A stretch of DNA of 63,992 nucleotides, counting the filler, from Circinaria calcarea (Eukaryota): NCBI GenBank assembly GCA_051942165.1. It is 5 parts of 5 records of this genome, joined end to end, with 100 filler letters (N's around TTAATTAATTAA, not from the genome) between each part and the next. Parts side by side here need not be neighbours in the genome. Positions count along the whole stretch, not along the records: positions 26,407 to 39,490 come from JAVECS010000526.1; positions 39,591 to 52,647 come from JAVECS010000527.1; 3 more parts are not named here. One strand, written 5' to 3'. Positions 36,650 to 48,056 of this stretch are shown one piece after another. Within the stretch, counting starts at the first letter, position 1; the number at the start of each line of letters is the position of its first letter. The translations under genes and the position numbers were made by a program. The notes below the pieces were generated by a model. It saw nothing but the letters and a program-made list of their open reading frames with translations, did not search any database and was not told where the DNA came from.

Positions 36650-38317
36650 TCAAGCTGTACCTGATCTAGTCCCTTGATATGATGACGAGGCTATGCTCCT
36701 CTGTCTCCACGATGTCCCTTTATGATAATCAACGAGAAAGAGACCTATAGCAACTAAACACAGCCCGCCCATGAATGTAAATGTCCAACCAATACCCATT
36801 GCATCTATCATGTCCTCTAGGAATGATACTGCGATGGCCGCCAAAGTACAGCGCACTATGTTACTGGAAGCCTGAGCGGCTGCTGGTGTTCGATGATTTT
36901 TGTCCACTAGGAGGGTGTTGTAGATCTTGGAGTTATTCGATTAGGTTTCACGACTGGATGTATTTGGAGAAGACTTACGCTGAAATCGAGTTGCATGCAC
37001 AGTCCTGCGATAAATTGGAGACAGAGTGGAATGGCAACGTGCTGGGTTTATGTCAGCTTGAAAGCTGTTGAAGACGGATGAGAAGTGCCGACCTGGTGGT
37101 GGTGTAAGACCCAGCCGAAAGCCACAACTGAGCAAGTGGTTACGAGCATAGGTATCCATACGACACCCAGGCGCGCTTTTTCAATAGGGAAGTTGTCCAA
37201 GTCATCTCCCACCGCTTTGTCTGTTGAGAGACCTCGTTCTGTCCTGGCATTGCGGTATGCATTGTTTAGCAGCGGACCGGAGAAGAAAGTTGAGACTGTT
37301 CCACCAATACCAAAGGGAAGGTATACGAGACCTGCTTGCCACTGATTTAGCTTGTAGATATCGATGAACAGAATGGAGAGCGACGTATTGATGCATATGT
37401 AAATAACGTAGAGGATGCCGCAAGCGAGAATGATAATGGTATTATCCTTGCGGGTAAGTATCTTCAAGGATTTCAAGGGATTAGGCATCTACGACTTATA
37501 GCTTGCAACAACGTCGCTTTCCTTCCAGTGGCACATAAGTGTCGGAATTGGTAATCGTAAATGCTTTAATGGTCTGATCGATCCATTACCCACGATGTTC
37601 CGAGAAGTCTCGGGCAGGAGGAAGGCCATGATGGATAAGCATAATCCTGCAGCAATGCACAGAAACCAGAATATCCAGGTCCAACCTGCGGCGTAGGTCA
37701 GAACTCCTCCCAGTATGGGACCAATGCTTGGCGCAATCGTTACACTTATGAACCATAAGCCTAGAATTCTCCAGGTTTGGAATCCAAACCTACGCGAAAG
37801 ATACCGCACTAACGAAAGACCCTCTTTCTGCGGGAGATGCAACATCAGTAATCACCCCGTACGCAATTGAGAAGGTGCCTGAAGACATGAGCAAAAATCA
37901 AAGGTTTAGGACGGAAAGCATGCCAGAAATTGCCAAAGCTTGTAGTACTCGAAGGCCTAGAAGGGCTGAATATGACTTCGACAGGGCGATGGCGATATTG
38001 GCCCCTAGATATAGAACCAAAGTAATCACATATATTGGTCGTCGGCCCAGGACGTCAGCAGCGTCACCAACCAAAGTCGGCGCTACCGTCGCCATGGCCA
38101 TGTAGGAAGTAACGGTCAAGTTGATCTTGTCAACTGAGACAGACAACGTCTGGGACAGCAGGTGTATGGCAGGATAGTAAATGAAGCTGCTCAAAGTCGA
38201 GAACCAAGCGGCATAAGAAACCATGGCGACAATGCACCATTTCTCGGCTGTTGTGAAGACGGAGTATTTCTCGATTGCTTCGGCTCTCTGGCCGTCGCTA
38301 GCTTTTTGGCTGATCAT
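36650..38317 (-). pseudogene. MFS drug:H+ antiporter (DHA1/QDR-like) with an in-frame nonsense codon
   Basis: Motifs FSTLSSFIYYPAI, GDAADVLGRRP, GPILGG, LPETSRNIVGNGS, FPIEKARL, AAQASSNIVRC. TAG at 37489-37491 sits in frame between ...SYKS and MPNPLKS, with no intron evident. Confidence 0.75.
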
Positions 38318-38664
38318 TGTCCGAGAGTCGACATAGATAATTCAGCATAACTCAGACTTTTCTATTTTAAGTCCGGGGCGTTTGAGGCTCTTGCTAAGCG
38401 ACACGAGTAGACCCCGCGACTAGGAGATATCATCAATTATCGCGACAGACCTAAGGCGTCCCGGGGCAAAATGACTCCATCTAGGGGCTGCCCAACACCA
38501 TAACATAATGATTGTGGGTTTGAACCTAGATTGAGAACTTCAAACACGTCCTAATAATCTTCGCTAGGTCGCCAGCCATACAGTAAACATATCTCAATTA
38601 CAGGGTGGTTATCCCTCTTCCGTTAAGACGCCACAGCATGAGCCATTGCTTCCTTCTCCAGTCA

Positions 38665-39490
38665 CTAGATAGCTCGCTGAATCGGTCGTACTTTTATCTT
38701 CCCTCTAGCTAACCTCCACGCCCAGAGCGAGACCGTTGTTACCAAGTCAAGAAAATTAAATACCAGAGCCCCGCCAAATATTACTGCATAATACGTCCAC
38801 GCTGTCGTTTTCGGGATCTGGATCTTAGTCACGACGATCGCCCAAGGGAGAATCCAGAGGAAATTCGATGCAAGGGCTTGATAAAGATACCAGCGAGGGG
38901 ACGTCGCAAGTAAAATCGCAGCTAGTTGCTGATCTAGTCCATAGAAGATGTAGCACCAATCTATACTCTGTATGGTCATCAGATCATATATTGAAAGGGT
39001 ACAGGAATCCGGCACTGACTCTGAACATTGTCTCCGTGATCTCCGCCACTCGTGGAGATTGAGAGAGATAATACGCAAACGGCTGCATCCCCCGCGTCGA
39101 CAGACAAATGCACATGATCACTTCGAACAGTAGAGCGATAATCGAGGACACAAGCGCAGGTTGAACGATGCCTTTCCTAACTGTTAGGTTTCATTTGTTT
39201 TCAAGGGATTTTAGAAGTGCTTACCAAGTAGATCCGCTTTTGAGGCTTTGGGCCTTCGTATCTCAACACCCACGCGTGCTCTCCATTTACCCCAATTATG
39301 TCCGACAAAGGTAAGCGTAGATGCCTCTAGTGCTTGCACGGGAACCATTACCAGACCCCAACGTATGGTATTGAAGATTCCCCACGCAGTAGCATAGTCT
39401 TCGCCCATCAAGACTATCCTGCTTACAAGCCAAAGGTAGAGTGAATTGCGAATGGCGGACTCGGCGAAAGTATAGGTGCTTGGTCTCGCC
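38665..39490 (-). CDS. 3' partial MATE-like membrane transporter (truncated at contig end)
   Basis: [16 protein letters not shown]...[36 protein letters not shown], then IDWCYIFY...[18 protein letters not shown]. Spliced. Confidence 0.7.
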
Positions 39491-39590
39491 NNNNNNNNNN
39501 NNNNNNNNNNNNNNNNNNNNNNNNNNNNNNNNNNTTAATTAATTAANNNNNNNNNNNNNNNNNNNNNNNNNNNNNNNNNNNNNNNNNNNN
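39491..39590. other. Artificial contig spacer
   Basis: 44 N + TTAATTAATTAA + 44 N. Confidence 0.99.
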
Positions 39591-39993
39591 AGTGGGGAGT
39601 GGGGAGTGGGGAAAGTGGAAGGCGGGAAAGGGAGGAGAAGAGCAAGGGAGATGAGAAGGGAAAAGGGGCGGGGGTAAGGTAATGGGTAGGATTACCTTGT
39701 TAGGAGGATTGGCGGGAGGAATAGTACTACTGGAAATACCCAAAACTCAGGTCACCAATTAAAAAGTGCATTTTCACAACTCAACTTGCACGTTTATACT
39801 CCCATTGTTAGATTATGTCTGCCAAGATACCACCGCAACTTCATGCTGGCATTCTTTCTACCTACTATACGTTGCAGTATCGAATTCCATCACAGATAGT
39901 CCGCCGCCCTTGCCCTCCTACTCTTCCCACCGGCAGCGCCTCCAGCCTCCTAGCTAGGGCTTCTCCTTCTCCTCAAAGGCTCCGATGATTCTC

Positions 39994-40606
39994 TTACGCC
40001 CCATTCCCATCCCCATTCCTATTCGCATTCCCATCCCTCTCCTCCTTTCTCCCCACCATAAGAAATATAGGGGAGAAAATTCTCTCGCGGCCCCCGTCCA
40101 CTAAGCTCCGTGCCGTAATCTCTAACGTCTCCGCCGCTCGTATTGTTCCCCCCGGATATAACCTTAGGCCCTCGAGGCTCTTGAATAATTCGATTATAAT
40201 TATACGGCCTTACTTGGCCATGCGAAATAATATTAATATATTTTATTAATTTTATACGTCCCGTTACCGCCCCGCGAGTAGATATTACTAAATGACCCGG
40301 TCCCTTTTATTAGCGAGGTTATCGTGGCGGGTTAAAATAAAGTTGGTGGTGGGTATAACGGCCAGGGCCTCGAATTAGGTAACGAGGTAAAAAATGCTGT
40401 CGCCGAGCTCGATACGGTGCCGGATAGAGCGGTGGGTGGGGTTGAGGAGAGAATAAAAAAGGGTAAAGACCCACTCGTATACGGCGAAGAGGCCGCCGGG
40501 TTTTAAGACCCGGTGAATCTCCATATACGGCCGAGAGGGAGGGGGCGTGGAGAGTGGCTTCGATAGCGTAGATAGTATTAAAGAAGTTGGGGGGGGAAGG
40601 GATTTC
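39994..40606 (-). pseudogene. ERG6: Sterol 24-C-methyltransferase (ERG6-like) C-terminal exon relic, RIP-mutated
   Basis: Minus-strand translation after a CAG acceptor: [17 protein letters not shown]/[frameshift][18 protein letters not shown]...[14 protein letters not shown]...NLANKRDRVI**YLLAG...FRMAK*GR...SLVDGGRERIFSPIFLMVGRK. Many TAA/TAG codons fall at expected Trp/Gln positions. Confidence 0.88.
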
Positions 40607-41160
40607 CTGTAGAGAAAACCGCGAGAGAATTAGAATTAGGGCCTTTGTTTATTGTACATGATGAACGACGATGAATTGGGTTTAAGGGAAAGAGCCAAGT
40701 ATATCGTACCATAACGTCTCCCTTGATAAACTCCACCTGACTCTCCAGGCCAGCATCGTGGGTATGCTTCCTCGCGCGCTCGATCTAGGGATTAATACAA
40801 CTAGGTTAACAGTAAGCAAGTAGTACCTAAGCAACTATATACTATCGAGTCTTTTTCTAGCATTCAGAGCTCGCATAAGTTATCATATGCTCGCTAGCCA
40901 ATGAATTAATTATCTATTCGATACCACTCTTTTTTCTCATAGATCTATCTCAATACTAGTCGGCCATGATTATTGGAGATCACTAACGTAATCCTTGCAA
41001 CGTGATTGATTGAGTTTGATATAGCTATACATTGATCATTCCAACTGCTTCCAACTGCGCTATAAAGTTAGTACCCCGTTACCTACCCGACCCTTCCAGA
41101 AATACTCACGATTGAAACGTACTATCTTGTATATTCGATAGTGGTAGTATACAATATAGA

Positions 41161-41513
41161 CTAGTCCCTCAAGTCCTGAACGGAGAGTTTCTCAGCCTCA
41201 TACTCTTTTAGCTTTCGTACATGACTAGTAGTATCATCAACAGTTGGAGGTGCTTACTTTGGTAAGCGCTCTTGGTGCTGTGATCAGAGTGTCGGAGTCA
41301 TTGGTCTGGAGAAACAATATATGTCAGGTTTCTGGATAATGTTTACTTCTTCCCTTTTCTCCCCTTTTCCCCAAGCTCCCTTGAAGGTGCCTGCTTATTC
41401 GATAATGCCGAGCTACGTACCTTTATGGTATAATTATCTGGGAAAAGCCGCTCCAAAAGTTCGAAAAGCTTTTCCAATACTAGATATTGGTTCTTGATGA
41501 TCGTTTCCGCCAT
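41161..41513 (-). CDS. Unannotated ~60-aa alpha/beta microprotein, 3 exons, divergent from the kinase-TPR gene
   Basis: Exon 41513-41421 MAETIIKNQYLVLEKLFELLERLFPDNYTIK, donor GTACGT, branch CTGAC and CAG acceptor; exon 41305-41258 TNDSDTLITAPRALTK, donor GTAAGC; last exon ...AEKLSVQDLRD* (TAG 41163-41161, acceptor ambiguous). Absent from the ORF track. Confidence 0.72.
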
Positions 41514-42040
41514 TTTCTATTTGTTGGCGTGTTGTAGGTCAATTATGATAGATACCTCCCAGAAATCGCTCAAGAATAGAAGAGGGCGACTCAGAAACTT
41601 AGGCTTTTATACTACTGATGAGTGGTTACTTGATTTGTATACTGATAAACATACAGCTCAGGCTAGCTGGGCAACGAATCGCATGTGCTGTAAGCTTCCT
41701 ATATCAGCCGAGTAGGTATACAGCTAATGGTCCCGTGAATAACTTTGCGCCACGTGTTATATGACTTCTTCGCGTGTGGCACCACTGAAGCTTCCTAACA
41801 GGTTATTCAAAACAGGTCTGTCTTAACCTCTTCGATGATTGGATGGAAGAAACGCAGGTGTTGGGCGTAAAGATAAGGTCTTACACGGTCCGAATCGAGC
41901 TAGCCTTGATGTTGTGTAACACCCTATCGGAGTATATATACATACCCAGACTTCGGGACACAGGACGCAAAATCAAGCCATCTACGACCAGTTGATTAGC
42001 TTAACTGTCTTGTCTAATCTTACGAGACTAGCGCTCTAGT

Positions 42041-45000
42041 ATGTTTTCTACACGCGACGATTCATTTTTCACCCGTCCTGCCATCTCACCCAAGGAGGTA
42101 AAGAATAAACTGCAAAGTGATTTGATCCAATTCCTTGCGGCTGTAAAAAGGAATCGCATCGATTTCCTACCTATCATGTGGCAGCCTGCGCTGGGTAACC
42201 TTGGTCGGGGAGCCTCAGCACAGGTGAGTCAGTCTGTTATCGACATCACATCTGGATTTGCATTTAAGCGCTTCTCTAACTCAGAAGATGCTGACTTATA
42301 TTCACCAATGATAAACGAGGTTTCAATACTGAGTCTAGCCCCGATCCAAAGCCATCGTAACATCGTCAACCTCGAAGGGATCTGTTGGGAAGTAAGGAAA
42401 ACGCCAAAGGAAACTGACTTTGAGGTATTCCCCGTGCTGGTGTATGAGAAAGCGGCGTGCGATCTGGTGCATTTCATGAATACAGACGATGGAAAAAACA
42501 TATCAGTTGGCGATCGACTCAGAATATGTACAGAAATAGGACATGCTATTATGACTTTACACTCTGTAGGTATGTTACTCAATCCCGTCACTTAATCCTG
42601 CTCCTTCCTTTCAAGATATTGTCTAAAAAAGATATAGATGTGATCCATGGTGATCTAAAGCCACAGAATGTATTAGTGTTCAGGACTGCTACAGGCGGCA
42701 TAACAACAAAGGTCACTGATTTCGGATATTCCGCACTTTGGCAAAGCTCGACACAAAGCGTTTATCTACCAAAGTCAAGGCCATGGAATGCTCCTGAGCT
42801 TGATTCCCGGAACAACTTCACGCTCTCTGAAGCTAAGAAGATAGACGCTTACTCCTTTGGCATGCTTTGTTTCTGGCTTTTGGTTGGGCACAGCATCTTG
42901 GATACCCCGATTGATATTGAGGGCCAGCTTGAGTCTGTTTCGTTCGACCTACCATCTGTTCGCGGTCAGCTGTCGTTGCTCGAAGAGCTGAAGCACAGAG
43001 ACAAAATGGAGGAGGTTGCTTATCAACTGGCCCGAAAAACATCAAGCTTGGAAGCCGAGTATGAATCTCGTCTGAAACCTCTCTTTGGCCTAACAATTAC
43101 TGGTAATATTAAAAGAAGGACCTCCGATTTCGGCGAACTAATTGTGCTTTTTGATCAAGAACGGTGAGCGCAAAGCATGATCCCACACTTTTGAATTACA
43201 AATTTGCGCTGACAATATTAGAATATGTCCTCAGCAATGGACAGTGCAACAGTTCGACGATGGGGATTTTCGCGTAATAAATAAACCTCTCCTATACGCA
43301 TATAAAGCACTTGGCTTACTTCTGATTAAGCTTGCCGACAACCTCGTGGACTTGATGAAATGTGATTACCGTGTACGGAAACATATTACGAGCTGCCTCC
43401 ATCTTAGATTTTCCTTAGCCAGCACCGAGTCATCCGCTGAAAGCATAGCCTTCCAACTTGCATTCTGCTATCAAATTGGATTTGGAGTTAGAGCAGATGC
43501 AACCCAGCTGCGGCTTTGGCTAGAAAAGACCAAGAAGGAGGTAATGGATCTTGAGATCGAAAGAGACGCCGTGCGTTCATCCCCCTATCGAAATGAGAGG
43601 ATGCACAAGCTTTATGGCGAGGATCTCCTCAGTAGAATTGATCTTATCCATGAATATCGAGCTTGGGGAACGAAAGGTCTGGAGGAGGCTCTAAGAGAGT
43701 ATCGGCTTGAAGTCGGTAGTATGTCACGAGTTTTTGGAGAAACTCATGTCATATCAATATCCCTGTATGAAATCATTGGTGATCTACAAGACGAGTTAGG
43801 TTACTTCGACGAATCGAAGGCACTACGAATGCGAATCAGGGATCTTCTAGTCAAGATACATGGTATTGATCATCTAAGATGCCTTCAATGGTCACTCGAA
43901 GTAGTCAAGGTACACATTAATTGCGAGGAGTTTGAAGAAGCACAAGCTTTACAGGAGAATTTTCTAAGACGCATGGGTGAGATTGATGATGGAAGAGGTC
44001 TGGCGCTATCAGGTATCAAAAAAAATCTTGCGATTATCCTTTTAAGGCAAGAAAAGTATGAGCAGGCTGAGAAATTGAGTACACAAGTCGTGGAGACCAG
44101 TTCGAAATTACTAGGGCTAGAGCACTCTGACACAGTGACCAGCTTAGGTGTGCTAGCAGCATGCTATAGAGGTCTAAAGCAGTGGAAGAATGCAGAACGA
44201 TTGCAAGTACAAATTGCAGAAACAAGAAAGAAAACACTAGGTGCGGACCATCCTTTGACTGTGCTTGCACTGCGACTTTTAGGTAAAATATATTTTGAGC
44301 AGGCACAATGGAAGCAGGCAGAGGAATTACAAACCCATGTTTTCAAAACAAGTGTACAGGTCTTGGGGGCTGAAAATCCAGATACGTTAATGGCTATGGC
44401 TGATCTAGCATTCAATTACAAAGCGCAAGATCGGTGGAGGGAAGCAGAAGGACTATATTTAGATCTCTTAGAAATAAGGCGAAGAATACTAGGAGCAGAA
44501 CACACCGCTACGATGGAGTGTATGGCGATTTTGGCAGCAATATACAGGGAGCAAGAACAGTGGAGAAAGGCAGAGGGATTCGCAATACAGATTATCAAAC
44601 AAATGGAGAAAATCTATGGAGTAGATCATCCCTGGACAATGGAGGAAACGTCCAAACTAGCCTCAGGCTTCCGGAACCAGAAGCAAACAAAGAAAGCCGA
44701 AGAACTTCAGCTGAAAGTATTGGAGAGAAGAAGAAGGGTACTAGGGCCAGAAGATCCAGACACACTGCGCAGTATGACTGAGCTAACCCTGACATATATG
44801 AACTTAGAGAATTGGGGAAAAGCCCTGGAACTAGGGAAATTAGTAGTAGGTGCCAGCATCAGTAAATTAGGGGAGGGCCATCCTGATACGCTAATCAATA
44901 TCTCTAATTTGGCGGGAGTATACTGGAACCAGGGACGTTTACAAGAGGCAGAAGAATTGGATATCCACGTCATTGATACACAGACAAAGGTCTTGGGAGC

Positions 45001-45664
45001 GGATCATCCCGATACGCTGGATAGTATAAATGCGTTGGCTGCCACATTCTGGAGCCAAAAGCGCTGGAAAGAGGCCGAGAAGCTGACAAAGCAGATCATA
45101 GAGATAAGGAGCAGAACACAAGGAGAGGACCATCGTGACACCCTGGCCAGCATGGCGACTCTAGCATCCATGTATCAGGAGCAGATGCGCTGGAAAGAGG
45201 CTCAGATGCTGAGAACACAAGTAATGGAGACTAGAAAAAGAGTACTTGGAACAGACCATCCGGAAACACTGGAGAGTATGTCCATAGTGGCTATGACAAA
45301 CTACTGGCTTGGACGGCACCCTACGCAAGATCAGGCCGCCGGTCAGAAAGAGGCCGAGGAGTTGCAATTGCGGGTCTTGAATACGAGACAACGAGAGCTG
45401 GGACCAGAGCATCCAGATGCACTCGCCAGTATGGTCAACGTGGCGTGGACACTTCGAGATCAGAAAAGGGACATGGAGGCTGAAGAACTTGAAGCGAAGA
45501 TGAACGAGTTGCAAGTACGGTCTATCACAGGGAACATGCCAGATACTGAGCGGCCATGCCCAACGTCTATCGCAATTCTCTGGAAAGCCAAAGGTCGAGC
45601 GCGGCCAGCGGAGCAATATGTAGAGCAGGAGTCAGGTGACGAGTCGACTAAGGTGGAAAATTGA
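42041..45664 (+). CDS. Protein kinase fused to kinesin-light-chain-type TPR array (~1150 aa), no NOD domain
   Basis: Exons 42041-42569, 42638-43163 and 43222-45664 (possible extra in-frame intron 43274-43330). Intact kinase motifs LGRGASAQV, FAFKR, INE, HGDLKPQN, TDFG, WNAPE, DAYSFG. Linker AFQLAFCYQIGFG, then TPRs. Confidence 0.9.
44111..45500 (+). repeat. 42-aa (126-nt) TPR repeat array
   Basis: LGxxHPDT-like motif starts at 44111, 44237, 44363, 44489, 44615, 44741, 44867, 44993, 45119 and 45245 (exact 126-nt period), plus 45398 after a 9-aa insertion. Two or three degenerate units lie upstream. Confidence 0.92.
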
Positions 45665-45861
45665 TCTGCATGCAGTTGTCGGGCAGAATATTCTTGATTA
45701 TTGGCAATGCGGATGCATGGACGCCTTACTTTTAGGCTACAGTAGGCAACTCTTGGCAGTGCGACATATATATGCTCTGAATCCTGCAAGGCTTCATCGA
45801 AAAACCTATATAATGTCTTCGAGTAAGTTTATCATAATTCGTCGTGTTTTCTGACAACCTG

Positions 45862-47830
45862 ATGAGTTCCGTGGGCTGGGTATAAATATGTTTTCACATT
45901 GGCCGACTTCAGTAGTATAGCTAACCGTGTCGAATTTTGTAGGAGCACCGCATGTCCGGATGGCAGAAGTACCCTGCGACCTTTCCTCCTTCTATCACTG
46001 GAGGGTACGATGTATGCGACCTCCAGGAGCGATTGGAGCAGGAAAGTACTTTACTCTTTACCGACGAACTAGCCAAGATTAGATTAGAGGTCCTGATTCC
46101 GGCAGACGGTAAGATTACACAGTGAAAGAGACCAAGTCCAGGAGAGTTTGAAACTGGTACAGCGAACTTACCGTCCTGATAATTCATGGACAGATGAGCT
46201 TGTGCTTATCTCTAGGAATGAGGATCTGGAACGCTTTCTAGAGGTAAGCGATCCGCTATAAGTCGAGACAAAAGCATAGTACGACTGACTTAATACCCAC
46301 AGAAAATGATGGATAGTGGGATGACTAAGTTCTTGTAAGTAGCTATAAGAATGCTCCTCAGTGCCGCTCAGACTGAGAGCCCCTTCTATGCAGCTTCATT
46401 TGCCAGCGTAATTCATGGACACGCCTTAAGATTTCATACGGCATGTTTCAGATGCTCTGTCACTTCTATCAAGTCTTTCCTAAGTATCTGGAGTCTGTAT
46501 TCAAATTTGGCGCTAAAACATCCAGCGCCGAGGAGTACCTTGGGGCAGGGTCTTTTTGTTGCATGCGTGAAAGCGATGTACTTGGATCCAGTGGGAACAA
46601 GTCCGCAACCTTTGGTATAGTACCTGAAGCTGTTCAGGCTACTTTCTTTTATTCACAATTCGCAGAAATCAGTTACACTATAGGCCACGCAGAAAAGCAT
46701 GGTAGAGCATTGAAAGACCCTTGGTCGTGTCGGCAGTTCGCCATCTATCAGAAGTATTACTGCCAGAAAAATTCCTCCGTGTGGATTCTCATTCAGGTTT
46801 CGAGCCGTATTAGAGCCCACTTGGAAAGAACGTTTAGCCAAAGCAGCGAGATAAACAGCTTGGCTCCGTATGATCACCCTATCGGCCAACATATTTCTAT
46901 CTTGCATTCTTCTGAGAGGAACTGGAGCACTTACATTGGCTACTTGGGGAGCGAATTGTCTTCGATGGTAAGGCTGCCCTATCCGGGTCTCGAGAACTTT
47001 CCGGGTATTAAAAGACAGGTGCTATATACTAACTATAGTGCAAAGAATCAGATCATATCGTTCCCTAGAGGTTTAAGCGAGTATGATGTGAATTTATCCC
47101 ACAGCCAAAAACTGATACACATACGCCGGAAGTTAGAGAATGCGTTATCAATACTTCGTGCAAATCTCGACGTTGCTTTACTTTTGTCAAATCAAGCTAA
47201 AGACGTGTACAAACGTACCAAGGTCTCCTCAGATAGTAAGGACCATTTCCGATCAGAAGTACAGCAATACAAATCAGTAATGATTTGCCACATCCGCAAT
47301 ATTGAACGACATCTAAAGTTTTCAGAAGATATCCGTCTCTTGGTAAAAACAGACATTCTCATTGCAAGCTACTCGGATTACTTATGCTATATAGATTCTT
47401 AAAATTATGGGATTCCAAAACGACGAACTTCTTTTTAAGAACAGCGTCTCGCTGAAAGAGATAGCCGACGAAACCTCGTCCGAAAATAAAGCCATGGTGT
47501 CAATGACAGGTCAGTTTGTGGTAGACTCGCGGACCACAAAGCTTGCCACCTTGATAGCCACAGTTTATCTGCCAGCAAGTCTGTTAACCGTCAGTTTCCC
47601 TCCATATTTTGGCTTCTGTATGACTAAGCTCATATCCATTGTGAAAACAATAGTCGTTCTTTAGTACCAGTTTGATTCAGTTCAACCCAGGGAACGGTGG
47701 TGCTATTAACGTGACGATAAGAAAAGAGATCTGGATACTTTTCGTTTTAGCTCTACCTCTTATGGTACTTACGGGAGCTTATGTGCACTTCGTAGGACAG
47801 AGACAGAAGAGACCTAGATCGTTCTCCTGA
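45862..47830 (+). CDS. Fungal CorA-like protein with two C-terminal TM helices (~480 aa, 8-9 exons)
   Basis: Reconstructed exons (45862-45879?), 45943-46108, 46194-46243, 46303-46334, 46394-46614, 46666-46967, 47046-47342, 47395-47589, 47654-47830; alternative start ATG 45952. Motifs FICQRNSWTRLKIS, VFKFG, EISY..EKHGR...PWSCRQFAIYQKY, NWSTYI, a long helical stalk, then DSRTTKLATLIATVYLPASLLTSFFST...IWILFVLALPL. Confidence 0.82.
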
Positions 47831-48056
47831 CCTTTATACTGAAAGGGTATGAAAACCTTTATCTTGTCTCCGGGTAGCGTTGCAAAAAAGATGATCTTAG
47901 GACTGAAGGTTATGCGGGGAGCGTAATGCCTATATCATATGAACGGAGCTTCTTTTGGCAAGCCGCCACGATTCGGAAACTTTGTTTTCTAATGAATTAA
48001 TTACTTTCATGACATCGTCGTGCACTTTATTCACGTAGCATAGACAGACTGCAACA

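Noticed and set aside
39591..40650. AT/TpA-rich stretch initially suspected to be a transposon relic
   Set aside because: Minus-strand translation shows it is an ERG6-like pseudogene; no transposase, RT or terminal repeats were seen.
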